This document shows, piece by piece, positions 1 through 9,654 of a DNA stretch of 64,000 nt; position 1 is the first letter of the stretch; each line of letters opens with the position of its first letter. Where the stretch lies: contig JBGASG010000003.1 in assembly GCA_044229845.1 (NCBI GenBank), positions 96,001 through 160,000 of the forward strand, read 5' to 3'. Origin of the DNA: Candidatus Obscuribacteraceae bacterium (GTDB lineage Bacteria > Cyanobacteriota > Vampirovibrionia > Obscuribacterales > Obscuribacteraceae). Below the pieces are notes generated by a model. It saw only the letters and a program-made list of their open reading frames with translations, made no database searches and was not told the DNA's origin. The position numbers and the translations under genes are program-made.

Positions 1-330
1 ACCAGTCTGGGAGCAGAGGAAAACGTTCGTTGGCAGTATCACTGGAACTCACTGTCCGTTCTCAAGACTCTAAAGCAACATGGAGTTCTGCTCCTCGGTC
101 TTGAGCGCACAGAAGGAAGTCAGCCGCTCAATCAGTTCCGTCTGCAACCAGGACAACGCGTCTGCCTGATTGTCGGCAATGAGGTCAGCGGGTTGTCACA
201 AGAAGCTCTCTCCGTTTGCGATGTCGTTTGCGACCTGCCCATGCATGGAGTAAAAGAATCGTTGAACGTCGCCGTAGCCTTCGGAATTGCTGCCTATTTC
301 CTGAATTGGGAACGCGCACACCCCACCTGA
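1..330 (+). CDS. TrmH/SpoU-family RNA methyltransferase, 3' part (5' end outside window)
   Basis: Frame 1 is open to TGA at 328-330 and reads ...CLIVGNEVSGLS...DLPMHGVKESLNVAVAFGIAAY, the SPOUT GNE and SLNV motifs. Confidence 0.9.
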   Translation, partial: TSLGAEENVRWQYHWNSLSVLKTLKQHGVLLLGLERTEGSQPLNQFRLQPGQRVCLIVGNEVSGLSQEALSVCDVVCDLPMHGVKESLNVAVAFGIAAYFLNWERAHPT

Positions 331-335
331 CAATC

Positions 336-355
336 CTGGAGTGATATCACTCCAG
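336..355. repeat. 20-bp palindrome family copy (perfect: CTGGAGTGATATCACTCCAG)
   Basis: Perfect inverted repeat between two convergent stop codons. Confidence 0.95.
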
Positions 356-380
356 TACTTAAGTAGTGGGGGCGTCGCCG

Positions 381-803
381 CTAGGCGATGGCTTGCGTCC
401 ACCGAACAACTGCGTTTTTCAGTTTCTGAGCCGAAAAAGGTTTCTCAAGAAAGTCGCTGACTCCAGACGACCGCAACCGCATGGTTTCTTCCGCATTGAG
501 ATCGTCCACTAGGGCGATGATCGGTGTGCTGCGCCCAAGACGAGAATCGTTCATGCGAATGGATTTAATGCAGGCCAGGCTCTCAAGATCGGTTCTGACA
601 ATATCGAGAAACAGGAAGGCGTAGGCACTGGTCCCCAGGCAATCGATAGCCTCACGGCAATCGCTGACCTGATTGACGCGAAAGTTGAGACTCTTGGCAA
701 TGCGACTGAAGCGAACCGACCGGTCCGAGCGACCCGAGCATTCTTCCGAGCTGTCTTCAACAAGCAGAATCAGCATCTCGTCTGAAATTCTTCCGAATGA
801 CAT
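381..803 (-). CDS. Single-domain response regulator receiver (atypical)
   Basis: ILLVED...FLFLDI...TPIIAL...DFLEKPF receiver motifs; ATG at 803 chosen, ORF extends to 920. Confidence 0.8.
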   Translation of the reverse strand: MSFGRISDEMLILLVEDSSEECSGRSDRSVRFSRIAKSLNFRVNQVSDCREAIDCLGTSAYAFLFLDIVRTDLESLACIKSIRMNDSRLGRSTPIIALVDDLNAEETMRLRSSGVSDFLEKPFSAQKLKNAVVRWTQAIA

Positions 804-926
804 ATTCACCTGCTCTGCCCCGTGTGGACTGTGGTCTCTATCTGTACTTATGCCCGATTTGACACAGACTTGTGGGTCAGGATACCCGTGCCATAATATG
901 CGGCGATCGCCATAGCTCACCCATGA

Positions 927-1631
927 TTGTGGCCAGCATTTGAAAATGGCTGGGACAGTCGTCGCCCGTTTAAAGGTGTTATGCAGAAACCGAATTTGAT
1001 GCGTTTACTGATTATGGCAACGGCAGCGAATTGGGTAACCTGTGCTGGTCCGTGTTTCTCCCAGCAGGCAATTGCCGATGCGAGTTCTTCGGCTGTCAGC
1101 AGCACAACCAGTAGCCCCTACAAGAATGCTGTTCAAGAACTGCGAGAACTGGGACTGGTCGTACACCACATCCACCAAACCAGCAACGACCTGGCTACCG
1201 AAGCCAGCCAACCAATCGACATGGTCGGCGAAATCGATTTTATCGGCGGGCAGGTGATTCCAATTATGCCGGCGACATCCGAAGGATTCGGACCAACGCA
1301 ATACTTGGCGCCCCGCAGAAAATACCTGGACCTATACATGTCGCATCTTTCCAATCTCTTGCCTTTGCTGAATGATGAGATCAACACCTTGATTGTTCCA
1401 GACTATGCGCAAGCGACGGTATCACCAATGGTGGCAAAGATGAAGACCTGGGCGGCCGATATTCAACAGGACTACACCGCGCTGCAAGCATCAACGGCTG
1501 GTCCTAAGTTCGTCAACAAGGATATTCGCACACAAGCCGACGCCATCACCGAGTCGATCAAAGGCATCGATAAACTGCGCCACGATATCTATAAGCAAAT
1601 GCGCCGCGACGAAAAGTCGGCAGGCGGCTAG
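927..1631 (+). CDS. Hypothetical, probably exported helical protein
   Basis: 234-aa ORF with a hydrophobic signal-like segment; true start may be ATG at 981. Confidence 0.7.
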   Translation: MWPAFENGWDSRRPFKGVMQKPNLMRLLIMATAANWVTCAGPCFSQQAIADASSSAVSSTTSSPYKNAVQELRELGLVVHHIHQTSNDLATEASQPIDMVGEIDFIGGQVIPIMPATSEGFGPTQYLAPRRKYLDLYMSHLSNLLPLLNDEINTLIVPDYAQATVSPMVAKMKTWAADIQQDYTALQASTAGPKFVNKDIRTQADAITESIKGIDKLRHDIYKQMRRDEKSAGG

Positions 1632-1635
1632 CGCG

Positions 1636-1718
1636 CCGGCAAAGGCACCGGCTAAAGCACCGGCAAAGCAGCGGCTAAAGCAGCGGCTAAACCACCGGCA
1701 AAAGCAGCGGTTAGAGCG
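1636..1718 (+). repeat. Degenerate 11-12 bp tandem repeat (about 7 units, SCGGCWAAAGCA)
   Basis: ccggcaaaggca/ccggctaaagca/ccggcaaagca/gcggctaaagca/gcggctaaacca/ccggcaaaagca/gcggttagagcg. Confidence 0.85.
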
Positions 1719-1731
1719 TATTGAGCGCCGG

Positions 1732-2520
1732 TCAGCCTTTGCTTTTCGCCAGTTCTTGCGGGTGTTCGCTGTCCGTAGTGGTGGTGCTGTAGCGGATGGC
1801 GATGATGGTCACGTTGTCCGGCGCGCCACCGGCAATGGTGCGACGCAGAAGTTCGTTGCAAACGGCGTGCGGCTCGTCGAGTTCCTTGACGATTTCGCCA
1901 ATCTGCTCATCGCGTACTACGCCGGTCAGTCCGTCGGTGCACATCATCAATGTGTCGCCAGGGCGCAGTTCGCATGGGCTGTGATCGATTTCGACGTTGT
2001 TGTTGTGACCGACACAGCGCGTCAGATAATTCTTGAAGGGACTGTTCTCGAATTGCTCCTGGGTGAGCTTGCCAGCCAACATCAAGTCCATGACCAGTGA
2101 ATGATCCTGGGTGAGCACGATAGTTTTGCCTTCGCGGATAAGGTAAGCGCGGGAGTCACCGACGTGCGCTACGTGAACATCAGCCGAGGAAGTCTGCATG
2201 GCCACGACGATTGTCGTTCCCATGCGATGCATCTCATCGATGGCAGCTGAAAAGACCGATTCGTTGGCATTGGAAACGGCTTCCACCAGCCAGCGGTGAA
2301 TAGTTTCGCGCTCCTCGTCCTGAGGAGGGCTGGTATTCCACATCTTTTCGATGGCTTCTACGGCCAGTCGACTGGCAGTCGCCCCACCGAACTCACCACC
2401 CATTCCGTCGGCGATCACAAACAAACGGCGATCATCGCTGACAAAAAAATTGTCCTGATTTTCCGTGCGTTTGCAGCCAACGTCAGTGACTGCTGCAAAT
2501 TCCCACTTCAGCATGTTCAT
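1732..2520 (-). CDS. PP2C-family Ser/Thr protein phosphatase (PrpC/Stp1-like)
   Basis: TDVG..R..NQD, VIADGMGG, GTT, HVGDSRAY, TQDHS, CTDGL and DNVT motifs. Confidence 0.95.
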   Translation of the reverse strand: MNMLKWEFAAVTDVGCKRTENQDNFFVSDDRRLFVIADGMGGEFGGATASRLAVEAIEKMWNTSPPQDEERETIHRWLVEAVSNANESVFSAAIDEMHRMGTTIVVAMQTSSADVHVAHVGDSRAYLIREGKTIVLTQDHSLVMDLMLAGKLTQEQFENSPFKNYLTRCVGHNNNVEIDHSPCELRPGDTLMMCTDGLTGVVRDEQIGEIVKELDEPHAVCNELLRRTIAGGAPDNVTIIAIRYSTTTTDSEHPQELAKSKG

Positions 2521-2817
2521 ATGCCCTTCAATCCCGCCGAGCGGCGGCCCTCATATTTTTATGCCACGAGCGGACAATCCTGCACTCCTGACGTCACAAT
2601 TCCGAGTCATTAGAGCTACTTAATCTTAAGACGGGCTTCTGATTCAGTCCGCAATAAGTTACGAAAACTGGCAACAAGACTAAGAATGAAGCGGACCCGC
2701 CCCTTGATGAGATAACATTCAAGGGTTCGTATAAGGCACGACTAATGCCTGCCCCGGCTGATGCAATCATTGCATGGGGCACGGATTTTCCGATTCGCAA
2801 CAGGGAGAACTGGTTTC

Positions 2818-4395
2818 ATGGCTCACACGTTGGAAGAAGCACTGGTTCTGGGCGAAGTGACCCCGGAATTCGCCAAGATCCTAGTACCGGAAGCCTTGCG
2901 CTTCGTGACCACCCTTCAGCGTGAGTTCAATACCCGGCGCGAAGACTTACTGGAAGCCCGTGACGCTCGCCAGCGCGAACTGGATGCCGGAATGAAACCG
3001 GACTTTCTGCCGCAGACGAAGGAAATTCGCGATGGACAGTGGCAGGTAGCCGCAGCGCCAGCCGATCTCGACGACCGCCGTGTCGAAATCACCGGACCTG
3101 TAGAGCGCAAAATGATGATCAATGCGCTCAATTCAGGCGCTCATGTGTTCATGGCCGACTTTGAAGACGCCCTGTCGCCAACCTGGGACAACGTGCTGCA
3201 GGGACAACTCAATTTGATTGAAGCGGTGCGTCGCAAACTGACGTTCACCAGCCCGGAAGGCAAAACCTATAAACTCAACGAAAAGCTGGCCACCCTGGTG
3301 GTGCGCCCGCGGGGCTGGCACCTGCTGGAGAAAAACGTAGAAGTCGACGGCGAGCCAATCTCCGCCAGCTTGTTCGACTTCGGACTTTACTTCTTCCACA
3401 ATGCCAACCGCCTGGTCGAAAAAGGCAGCGGTCCCTACTTCTATCTGCCCAAACTGGAATCGCACCTGGAAGCCAGGCTGTGGAACGATGTTTTCAATTT
3501 CGCTCAGGATGAATTGAAGATTCCGCGTGGCACCATTCGCGCCACCATTTTGATCGAAACGATCACCGCCGCGTTCGAGATGGAAGAAATTCTCTATGAA
3601 CTGCGGGAACACGCTTCCGGATTGAATGCCGGTCGCTGGGACTATATGTTCTCGATGATCAAAAAGTTCCGCAACAACCCACATTTCGTCCTGCCTGATC
3701 GCGCGCAAGTGACGATGGCAGTGCCCTTTATGAAGGCGTACACCGAATTGCTGGTAAAAACCTGCCATGCACACGGCGCACACGCCATGGGCGGGATGGC
3801 GGCCTTTGTACCGAGCCGCAAAGACAACAAAGTCAACGAAACCGCTTTCGCCAAAGTGCGGGAAGACAAAAAGCGGGAAGCCGGCGACGGCTTTGACGGC
3901 ACCTGGGTAGCTCACCCGGATCTGGTGCCGATCGCCAAAGCCGAGTTTGATCAAGTGCTGGGCGAAAAACCCAATCAAAAAGACCGTCAGATCGCGGCAG
4001 AAGTTACTCAGGAACAACTTCTGAACACCAAGATAGACGGTGCCACCATCACCGAACAGGGACTGCGCAACAACATAAATGTAGCGCTGCAATACTTAGA
4101 ATCGTGGGTAAACGGCACCGGCGCAGCCGCCATCCACAATCTTATGGAAGACGCTGCCACCGCCGAAATTGCCCGGGCACAGATCTGGCAATGGATAAAG
4201 AACAAAGCCAAACTTGCGGACGGACGCGTAATTGATCAAGCCCTCTACAAGCAACTGCGCAGCGAAGAGTTGACCAGTTTGGGCGGCATGCAAACAGGTC
4301 GTCTGCGGGCCGCTGTCGAACTGCTCGATGCTTTGATCCTCACAGAAAAATTCGAGGACTTCCTGACCATTCCGGCATACGAATACCTGCTCTAG
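2818..4395 (+). CDS. aceB: Malate synthase A
   Basis: [32 protein letters not shown] and [10 protein letters not shown] motifs. Confidence 0.97.
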   Translation: MAHTLEEALVLGEVTPEFAKILVPEALRFVTTLQREFNTRREDLLEARDARQRELDAGMKPDFLPQTKEIRDGQWQVAAAPADLDDRRVEITGPVERKMMINALNSGAHVFMADFEDALSPTWDNVLQGQLNLIEAVRRKLTFTSPEGKTYKLNEKLATLVVRPRGWHLLEKNVEVDGEPISASLFDFGLYFFHNANRLVEKGSGPYFYLPKLESHLEARLWNDVFNFAQDELKIPRGTIRATILIETITAAFEMEEILYELREHASGLNAGRWDYMFSMIKKFRNNPHFVLPDRAQVTMAVPFMKAYTELLVKTCHAHGAHAMGGMAAFVPSRKDNKVNETAFAKVREDKKREAGDGFDGTWVAHPDLVPIAKAEFDQVLGEKPNQKDRQIAAEVTQEQLLNTKIDGATITEQGLRNNINVALQYLESWVNGTGAAAIHNLMEDAATAEIARAQIWQWIKNKAKLADGRVIDQALYKQLRSEELTSLGGMQTGRLRAAVELLDALILTEKFEDFLTIPAYEYLL

Positions 4396-4497
4396 TCCCT
4401 GCTATGGTCCTGCCATAGAACCAGTTCAAGAATGCCCGCGCCAACTGCGGTAAACTGGCGGCTCAATTGGTTACTGGCGCCGGTTAAGCGCTCCTAA

Positions 4498-6123
4498 ATG
4501 CAGGCTCTTGGACCCAGCGTCGAAAGACGCCAGTCGAACACAGTTACTACGCTGCTTAACAGCCTCTCGCTGCTCGAGAAGTTGCCCATGGCTGTGGCCG
4601 GCGGCGTCGTGCTTGCGCTTGCCAGCCCGGGGCTGGATTTGTGGTGGTGCGCCTGGCTGGGACTGGCACCGCTTTTGATCTTGATTCGCGCCTGCAAAAC
4701 AGTGGGGGAAGCCGGCGTCCTCGGCTTTGTGTTCGGACTGGCGTATCACCTGGTCTCACTGCGCTGGATTTTAGATCTCAAACCGGCAGAAGCCGCAGCC
4801 GGACCGGTATGGACCCTGGGGGTCGGACAGCTGTGGGGCGTGGTGGCGGTTCATCAATCAGTCCTCTACCTGGCTTTTGCCTGCCTGGTGTTCGCGTTGC
4901 CCTTGCGGGCCGGCAATCTGCCTCATTACCATCGCCCATTTTTTCCATACATCTGGAGCGTGCCCATCATCTGGTTGTTCATGATGTGGGTGCTGGCACC
5001 GGCCGACTTCTTCGGCGGACTGCCGCTCGCCCAGCTGGCGTACACACAAGGCCCGCTGTTGCAACTGCTGCAGGTGGCGCGGTTCGGCGGCAGCCAGCTG
5101 ATCGACCTGATCCTCATACTCAGCAACTGCGCGGTGGCACAACTGATCATCGAGGTCACGCACCTTTCGCCGCCTTATGCCAACCGCATCGATTTTTTCC
5201 CGCCCCGCACCGGTGCCGCTTTCGATTTAGCCTGGATACTCGGACTCGCCACTCTCGCCTGCTTCTGGGGCGCCGGCGAGTTGCAGAACAGTTGGCTTTT
5301 GCCCGACGATCAAGTAGCCGGTTACGCAGCGCCACCAATCACGGTGGCAGTGGTGGAACCTGATTATGCTAAAAGCCGTGAGCCGGAGGTCCTGTTCAAG
5401 CCTGCCCAGAATCTCGGCGTCAACATGATCTTTCTGCCGCAGCTGCCTGCCGTGGGCACTCGCGAGTACCGGCGCCTGCTGCGGCAACTGGCGATTAGTG
5501 AGCACAAGGACGTGGTGGCCGGTCTGCGCGAAACCACGGACAACGGCGGCGTCATGCAAACGATTCGCGTCTTCAGCGCGGCCGGCAAAAGCGATGCCAA
5601 CAACTTCACATCTAAGTGCAAGCTGATGCCGTTCTTCGATTTCCCACCCTGGTACGCGCTGTTGGTTTCCGGCGCCGTCCAGAAGGCGCTGGCACCAGAC
5701 CCGGACGAGAGCGCCCGAGCCGAACAACCCAACATTCTGCAGACGACACCGGCGAAAATCGGCGCCCTCTTCTTCAATGAAATCCTCTATCCGGAATTCG
5801 TCGCCCGCCAGGCGGAACGGGGCACGGCACTTTTGGTGCACGTCACCGACCTGACCGCCTTTAAGAGCGACACTCTGGCAAAACAGCTGCTGGCCGCCGG
5901 ACAATTGCGAGCCATCGAAACCGGGCGCTACATTGTCATGTCCGAAGGCGGCGCTACATCGGGCGTCATTGATCCCATGGGTGTGCGCCGCTGCACCGCC
6001 ATCTTTGCACCGGGCAAAGCGGGCTGCCTTGTCGACAGGGTACAATTCACTCCTAAAAAGACTCGCTTCACCAGCTGGTGGTGGATCTGGACACCGTTTT
6101 ACAGGATGCTTTCGAAACGATGA
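4498..6123 (+). CDS. Apolipoprotein N-acyltransferase (Lnt)-like membrane protein with degenerate catalytic triad
   Basis: N-terminal TM region (LASPG..W..AWLGLAPL; LAYTQ; LLQVARFGG) plus a nitrilase-like C-terminus (KLMPF, RAIETGRY, SGVIDPMG). Confidence 0.8.
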   Translation: MQALGPSVERRQSNTVTTLLNSLSLLEKLPMAVAGGVVLALASPGLDLWWCAWLGLAPLLILIRACKTVGEAGVLGFVFGLAYHLVSLRWILDLKPAEAAAGPVWTLGVGQLWGVVAVHQSVLYLAFACLVFALPLRAGNLPHYHRPFFPYIWSVPIIWLFMMWVLAPADFFGGLPLAQLAYTQGPLLQLLQVARFGGSQLIDLILILSNCAVAQLIIEVTHLSPPYANRIDFFPPRTGAAFDLAWILGLATLACFWGAGELQNSWLLPDDQVAGYAAPPITVAVVEPDYAKSREPEVLFKPAQNLGVNMIFLPQLPAVGTREYRRLLRQLAISEHKDVVAGLRETTDNGGVMQTIRVFSAAGKSDANNFTSKCKLMPFFDFPPWYALLVSGAVQKALAPDPDESARAEQPNILQTTPAKIGALFFNEILYPEFVARQAERGTALLVHVTDLTAFKSDTLAKQLLAAGQLRAIETGRYIVMSEGGATSGVIDPMGVRRCTAIFAPGKAGCLVDRVQFTPKKTRFTSWWWIWTPFYRMLSKR

Positions 6124-6713
6124 GACTTTCAACTTGCCTCTCCTGGCTGACATCATCCGCGGTGCTGCTGGCGATGACATCGTATGCAGTGGCAGGCACC
6201 AATTCGGCGGAGGCGACCAGTAAAATGCCCCTGGCCAAACTCGGCAAAAACACCGTCAAACTCGAAGTCGCATCTACCCAGGCAGAGGTGCAGCGTGGTC
6301 TGATGTTTCGCACCAGTATGCCGGAAGATGCCGGCATGGTTTTTATATTTCATCCTGAAAATGCGGTGCAGTTCTGGATGTTTCACACACTCATCCCGCT
6401 CGACATGCTGTTTATCAAGGACGGCAAGATTTTGAAAATTTGCCAGAACGTGCCGCCCTGCAAGTCGGAGAATCCGCGCGGTTGCCCGACTTATCCGACC
6501 GAAGGACCGATCGGCGTCACCGAAGTGCTGGAGCTGAACGGCGGCTACGTTACACGACATGGCATCAAAGAGGGCGATCAGATAACCTTTGAGTTTCTGA
6601 ATGCACCGTCCGGTCCGGCTGCTGCTACTCCGTCCACCACCACTGCACCATCTTCGTCAACGCCGCCACCATCTGCGGCAACGAAGGAAAAGCCGGAAAA
6701 ACCAGAAAAGTAA
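6120..6713 (+). CDS. DUF192-family exported protein
   Basis: LEVA....RGLMFR...AGMVF...FWM.HTLIPLDMLFI...VLELNGG; ATGA overlap with the upstream stop. Confidence 0.9.
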   Translation: MRLSTCLSWLTSSAVLLAMTSYAVAGTNSAEATSKMPLAKLGKNTVKLEVASTQAEVQRGLMFRTSMPEDAGMVFIFHPENAVQFWMFHTLIPLDMLFIKDGKILKICQNVPPCKSENPRGCPTYPTEGPIGVTEVLELNGGYVTRHGIKEGDQITFEFLNAPSGPAAATPSTTTAPSSSTPPPSAATKEKPEKPEK

Positions 6714-6729
6714 CGGAGTTACTCAAGCA

Positions 6730-7500
6730 GTGACTGAACGAGAACAAACCCAGCTCAATGAACGAGAACAGATTCGCCTCACCTTAGATGGCGGCATTGC
6801 ACGGGTTATCCTTAACCGCCCTCAGGTCCATAATGCGATTTCCAAAACCATGTGGCTGGCACTACCTGCGGTGTTAAACAATGCACAGATGAACGGGGCG
6901 CACGCCGTCGTTATCTCAGGCGAAGGCAAATCGTTCGCATCAGGCGCCGACATTGGTGAACTAAAGTCACTGAGCAACGAGGCGGAAGCCCGCGATTACT
7001 GGCTCTCTATCTGGAAAGCCACCAACTTTCTTGCCGAATTCGCTCTGCCCACCATCGCGGCTATTCGCGGCAGTTGTTTTGGTGGCGGCTGCCTGGTGGC
7101 TGCCGCCTGCGACCTGCGATATTCCACAGCGTCTGCCACATTCGGTATCCCGGTCGCTAAGTTCGGGATCAAATTGGACGACGACAACATCGGACGCATC
7201 GTGCGCCTTGTGGGTCCAGCCCTGTCCAAAGAGATACTCTTCTCGGCTCAACCTTTTTCGGCAGCCAGAGCCAAATCCATCGGCTTCATTAACGACATCG
7301 TCGACGACCAACATCTGGAAGAAACTGTACTCGCTACGGTCAAAACATTCTGCGACAACTCCCCGGCCGCGATCGCGCAGATCAAAGCAGCGGTTGCCCG
7401 CATTCTGTCCTGCCCGCAAAAGACCGGATCGCAGGACCAGAAGGAGATGATTCAGAGTTATTTGAGCGTAGACTGTCGGGAGCGACTCGCTCGCGTATAG
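6730..7500 (+). CDS. Enoyl-CoA hydratase/isomerase family protein
   Basis: LNRPQVHNAIS, FASGADIGEL, PTIAAIRG.CFGGG and ACDLR motifs. Confidence 0.9.
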   Translation: MTEREQTQLNEREQIRLTLDGGIARVILNRPQVHNAISKTMWLALPAVLNNAQMNGAHAVVISGEGKSFASGADIGELKSLSNEAEARDYWLSIWKATNFLAEFALPTIAAIRGSCFGGGCLVAAACDLRYSTASATFGIPVAKFGIKLDDDNIGRIVRLVGPALSKEILFSAQPFSAARAKSIGFINDIVDDQHLEETVLATVKTFCDNSPAAIAQIKAAVARILSCPQKTGSQDQKEMIQSYLSVDCRERLARV

Positions 7501-7703
7501 ACAGGAGTGGCGTTCAGGGAAAAAGCTCGCACCACCATATAGATGGCGAAGATGCCGCCGAAAATCAGCTCTAGATATACGGCCGAGCAAGAGGGTCCAA
7601 CCGACTCCAAGACTGCAGGCATTTGCCCCATGAGCCAGAGGATTGCTCCAAACAACAGTGGCAGAACACCACTCATCACTATTTCCATAACCAAACCCGC
7701 CAA
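7458..7703 (-). CDS. Small hypothetical membrane protein
   Basis: 81-aa ORF with two hydrophobic stretches; start uncertain. Confidence 0.4.
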   Translation of the reverse strand: MAGLVMEIVMSGVLPLLFGAILWLMGQMPAVLESVGPSCSAVYLELIFGGIFAIYMVVRAFSLNATPVYTRASRSRQSTLK

Positions 7704-7912
7704 AACAGAATCAACATTCGAGCGAAAAAGAGAAATTCGCGCTTTGCTACTGATTACTTAGTATGGATAGCCCGCCAGAGGCTATTTTCTGTTGCCAAGT
7801 TGAACTAGACCGATTCTAGTGATTATTGCCAACAGATGTCATTAAATCTGTCTCCGAAACACACTCAATCCATCGTAAAACCCGGGGTCTGCGCGCCAGA
7901 TTAGCCCCGAAC

Positions 7913-8000
7913 CCGAAGTGATATCACTCCAGGGCCGGCCCGAATGCCAAAGTGATATCACTCCAATACCAACCAGAATACTGAAGCGATATCACTTCAG
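7913..8000. repeat. Three copies of the 20-bp palindrome at 34-bp period
   Basis: Copies at 7913-7932, 7947-7966 and 7981-8000 with 14-nt spacers. Confidence 0.95.
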
Positions 8001-8054
8001 CACAAATGGGCGACCCAGGGTGGGCGGAATCGCCTACTGGCTGAGAAACAGACT

Positions 8055-8279
8055 TTAGACTTGGACGACGCGCTTGATGGACGGCAGAGCTTCTTTCAAT
8101 GCACGCTCCACACCCATTTTCAGGGTCATTGTCGAGCTGGGGCACATGCCGCAGGCGCCGACGAGGTGAACGAAGACTTCGTCATCTTTGACATCGACCA
8201 GCTCAATGTTGCCGCCGTCGGCCATGAGCATGGGACGCAGTCTATCCAGAACCTCTTCTACCTTATCCTTCACTTCCAT
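8055..8279 (-). CDS. NifU C-terminal/NfuA-like Fe-S scaffold protein
   Basis: LRPMLMADGGNIELV...GACGMCPSSTMTLKMGVE. Confidence 0.93.
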   Translation of the reverse strand: MEVKDKVEEVLDRLRPMLMADGGNIELVDVKDDEVFVHLVGACGMCPSSTMTLKMGVERALKEALPSIKRVVQV

Positions 8280-8527
8280 TTGCTCGATTCCTCGATTTTC
8301 TCGGACGCAACTTATCCAATTATACGGATGACATCCCCCACCCGGGCTGATGAACACTATATCTTTAGACCCCAAGTCCTCCCTGTCGATTTGCCGAGCA
8401 GGTCAAATATTGTTAGAAAAGGTCTTAAGGACTAATAAAGGAAACCTGCCCTTCCCGCTTGGGAGGCTATTCTTTTGAAATTCCAGGTGAATTCCCAGCA
8501 GTTTCAAGGACCGGAGAAGGAGTATCT

Positions 8528-9550
8528 ATGGCAAGAGTAGCAATCAATGGCTTTGGCAGAATCGGCAGAAACGCTCTGCGTGCCTATCTTCAGAACGGCA
8601 GCAAAGATGTCGAAATCGTCGCTATCAACGATCCACTGCAGGACACCGAAACTTCGGCGCACCTTCTCAAGTACGACTCTATTCTTGGCGAATTGAAAAA
8701 CGAAGTCAGCCATACCGCCGACTCGCTGGTCATTGATGGCAAGAAGATTGCTTTCTCTGCTGAAAAAGACCCTTCCACCTGCCCTTGGTCGAAACACAAT
8801 ATCGACATAGTCCTAGAGTGCAGCGGCGTTTTCACCGATGCCGACAAAGCCGGCGGACACATCAAAGCCGGTGCCAAGAAGGTGCTTATCTCCGCGCCTG
8901 CCAAAGGCGAAGATATCACGATCGTGCTTGGCGTCAACGACAAGAACTACGACCCACAGAAACACAACATCATCTCGAATGCCAGCTGCACCACCAACTG
9001 CCTGGGACCGGTAGCCAAAGTGCTGAACGACGTCTTCGGCATCGAAAGCGGCTTGATGACCACCATCCATAGCTACACCCTCGACCAGCGCCTGCTGGAC
9101 ACCTCTCACAAAGACATGCGTCGCGCCCGCGCCGCAGCCCTTTCGATGATTCCTTCCACCACCGGCGCCGCAAAAGCTATCGGTCTGGTGCTGCCCGAGT
9201 TGAAAGGCAAACTGAACGGTTTCGCAATGCGTGTCCCGACCCCGAACGTCAGTGTCGTCGACCTGGTCGTCACCACCAAGAAAGACGTCACCGTCGAGAG
9301 CGTCAACAAGGCACTCAAAGACGCAGCCGCTGGCGAACTGAAGAACATCATGCATGTCACCGACGTGCCGCTGGTTTCTATCGATTTTGCCGGTAACAAG
9401 CTCTCCTCGATCGTCGATGCCGACCTGACCATGGTCGTCGGCGAGCGCATGGTCAAAGTGCTTGCCTGGTACGACAACGAGTGGGGCTACAGCAATCGCT
9501 TGATCGAGCTGTGCACCATGGTCGCCAGCAAATTGATGGCGAAAGTGTAA
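8528..9550 (+). CDS. gap: Glyceraldehyde-3-phosphate dehydrogenase, type I
   Basis: INGFGRIGR, SNASCTTNCL and WYDNEWGYS motifs. Confidence 0.98.
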   Translation: MARVAINGFGRIGRNALRAYLQNGSKDVEIVAINDPLQDTETSAHLLKYDSILGELKNEVSHTADSLVIDGKKIAFSAEKDPSTCPWSKHNIDIVLECSGVFTDADKAGGHIKAGAKKVLISAPAKGEDITIVLGVNDKNYDPQKHNIISNASCTTNCLGPVAKVLNDVFGIESGLMTTIHSYTLDQRLLDTSHKDMRRARAAALSMIPSTTGAAKAIGLVLPELKGKLNGFAMRVPTPNVSVVDLVVTTKKDVTVESVNKALKDAAAGELKNIMHVTDVPLVSIDFAGNKLSSIVDADLTMVVGERMVKVLAWYDNEWGYSNRLIELCTMVASKLMAKV

Positions 9551-9568
9551 TCGTCTACACGATATTCG

Positions 9569-9595
9569 ATGCGCCCGGGAAACCGGGCGCATTTT
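9569..9595 (+). terminator. Hairpin or partial terminator between gap and pgk
   Basis: ATGCGCCCGG-GAAA-CCGGGCGCAT followed by TTT. Confidence 0.7.
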
Positions 9596-9654
9596 GATTA
9601 GCAGCGTATTCGTATTTGATTGGCAGCGCGATTCTCACAGGGAGAACATCACCC

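Noticed and set aside
903..910. HIP1 octamer GCGATCGC
   Set aside because: Only scattered copies noticed; no obvious enrichment without a formal count
3133..4092. Long antisense ORFs (also 5227-6180, 22079-23086, 29694-30722, 49068-50132, 51553-52473, 59187-60110)
   Set aside because: Shadow frames opposite well-supported genes, expected with GC-rich codon usage
2818..4395. aceB without an adjacent aceA
   Set aside because: Separation of the two genes is common; cannot be judged from one window
7913..8000. CRISPR array interpretation of the repeat-spacer triplet
   Set aside because: Repeats are 20 bp and variable, spacers are only 14 nt, copies are dispersed across the window, and no cas genes are present
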